Source: Clostridia bacterium
Lineage (GTDB): Bacteria > Bacillota > Clostridia > Christensenellales > CAG-917
NCBI GenBank assembly: GCA_017461985.1
Contig: JAFTSA010000006.1
Span: 110 to 64,109 of the forward strand
DNA length: 64,000 nt
Direction of reading: 5' to 3'
Part shown: positions 63,344-64,000 of the stretch, in pieces
Numbering within the stretch: the first letter of the stretch is position 1
Layout of the letters: each line of letters opens with the position of its first letter
The notes under the pieces: generated by a model
What the model was told of the DNA's origin: nothing
What the model saw: the letters and a program-made list of their open reading frames with translations, nothing else
The model's database searches: none
Program-made: the position numbers and the translations under genes

Positions 63344-64000
63344 TGAAAAGGATTAAGACCTCCTCGTCAAAACTGAAGGTCGGCTTCAAGGGGATCGTCT
63401 ATTCAGTGGATGAAGACGTCCTCGGCGTGGAGTACAGCCCCGAAACCTACAACTTCACTTTCCGCGCAGGAGTGCTGAAAGGGGATGTCGGAGTCAGCGA
63501 AGCGTCTGGCTACAACCGTGATTCAGTGCTCATCCGTCACGCTCTGCCCAGGCTTGGAAGCGGAGTCAAAATAAACGACGTATTCGTCTATCATCGCATG
63601 ACGGATGGTGAGTATGACGACAGACTCATCGTTCAAACCACAGACGGCAACTTTTTCAACACCAAAATTTTTGAAGAGGACATCTGGCACGCAATGCCTT
63701 ATCCCTACACCAAAGAAAGGGTGTGCGGAGTCAGTTATAACTATGAGGGCAATGACGTATTTTTGATGTCCTCAAATGATATCGGTCTTATGATTTATGA
63801 TGGTGAACAGGCAACCAAAGTGGAAGGCGGACCGGGGTTTTCATCCATCGCAATACACTATGAAAGAGTGTTTGGCGTGGAAAGTGGCAAGGAAAATCAG
63901 GTGTGGTTTTCTTCAACACTAGACCCCACAAACTGGACTGTCAGCGGTGATAGCGCGGGCTACGTCACCTTCCAAGACGAGTGTGGTGATTGTATCAAAG
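63343..64000 (+). CDS. Phage structural protein, 5' partial (open to window end; absent from ORF track)
   Basis: ATG 63343 overlaps the previous stop (TGATG). I hand-translated 219 codons and found no stop (MKRIKTSSSKLKVGFKG...). Confidence 0.6.
   Translation, partial: MKRIKTSSSKLKVGFKGIVYSVDEDVLGVEYSPETYNFTFRAGVLKGDVGVSEASGYNRDSVLIRHALPRLGSGVKINDVFVYHRMTDGEYDDRLIVQTTDGNFFNTKIFEEDIWHAMPYPYTKERVCGVSYNYEGNDVFLMSSNDIGLMIYDGEQATKVEGGPGFSSIAIHYERVFGVESGKENQVWFSSTLDPTNWTVSGDSAGYVTFQDECGDCIK

Larger units (their letters stand above)
56341..64000 (+). mobile_element. Phage-derived head-morphogenesis block (prophage or phage-like element; right end beyond window)
   Basis: Tightly packed co-oriented genes: TerL, TerS-like fragment, Zn-ribbon protein, portal, scaffold, major capsid and three further structural ORFs, with overlapping stops/starts. 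Confidence 0.8.

Overview
Chromosomal window from an endospore-forming Firmicute (Clostridia-like). Support: dpaA/dpaB, consensus TTGACA-17-TATAAT promoters, GGAGG ribosome-binding sites, many lipobox lipoproteins, C-ending codon preference. Gene content, left to right:
- 1-400: end of an rrn operon (23S tail and 5S).
- 750-1720: two tandem paralogous small lipoproteins.
- 1843-12663: dipicolinate synthase dpaBA, a P-loop ATPase, a PlsC-type acyltransferase, a 1751-aa LRR / Listeria-Bacteroides-repeat surface lipoprotein, a DUF218 protein and a GDPD phosphodiesterase.
- 12.7-15.4 kb: an AT-richer patch with two lipoproteins and a PNPOx-like gene, next to a tRNA-Ala(CGC) surrounded by partial copies of itself.
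- 15471-19273: an AcnX (DUF521/DUF126) plus enoate-reductase-like operon.
- 19566-23466: a PepO M13 peptidase and a second, AT-rich LRR lipoprotein.
- 23546-31828: an AraC-controlled glucuronide/hexuronate locus (uxaC, uxuA, SDR mannonate oxidoreductase, eda, kdgK, GH2 beta-glucuronidase-like).
- 31995-37479: TetR, feoA-feoB plus an unlisted 55-aa Cys-rich FeoB-associated ORF, then TetR plus a lipoprotein.
- 37595-43592: a GH38 alpha-mannosidase / fructokinase / PMI / DUF4432 operon.
- 43711-47218: a CofE-like gene divergent from an FAD-oxidoreductase plus PflX-type radical-SAM pair.
- 47579-55952: uracil permease-upp behind a leader ORF/attenuator, rubrerythrin, thyA-folA, a second GH2, YfcE, and a membrane protein with an Arg/Asp/Tyr repeat tail.
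- 56.3 kb to the window end: a phage head-morphogenesis module (TerL, TerS-like fragment, portal, scaffold, major capsid protein).

The most unusual items:
1. An inverted array of nine GTKATAT + mini-hairpin modules with compensatory stem variation, at 49901-50083.
2. The tRNA-Ala locus with nested partial duplications flanking a single-gene cassette.
3. A phage capsid protein fused to a Listeria-Bacteroides repeat domain. The phage block has no integrase or upstream TerS on its visible side.
4. Two uncharacterised enzyme clusters: AcnX + enoate reductase, and CofE-like / FAD oxidoreductase / radical SAM.

No CRISPR array, transposase or recognisable defence system was seen. All homology calls come from motif recognition by eye, not database searches.
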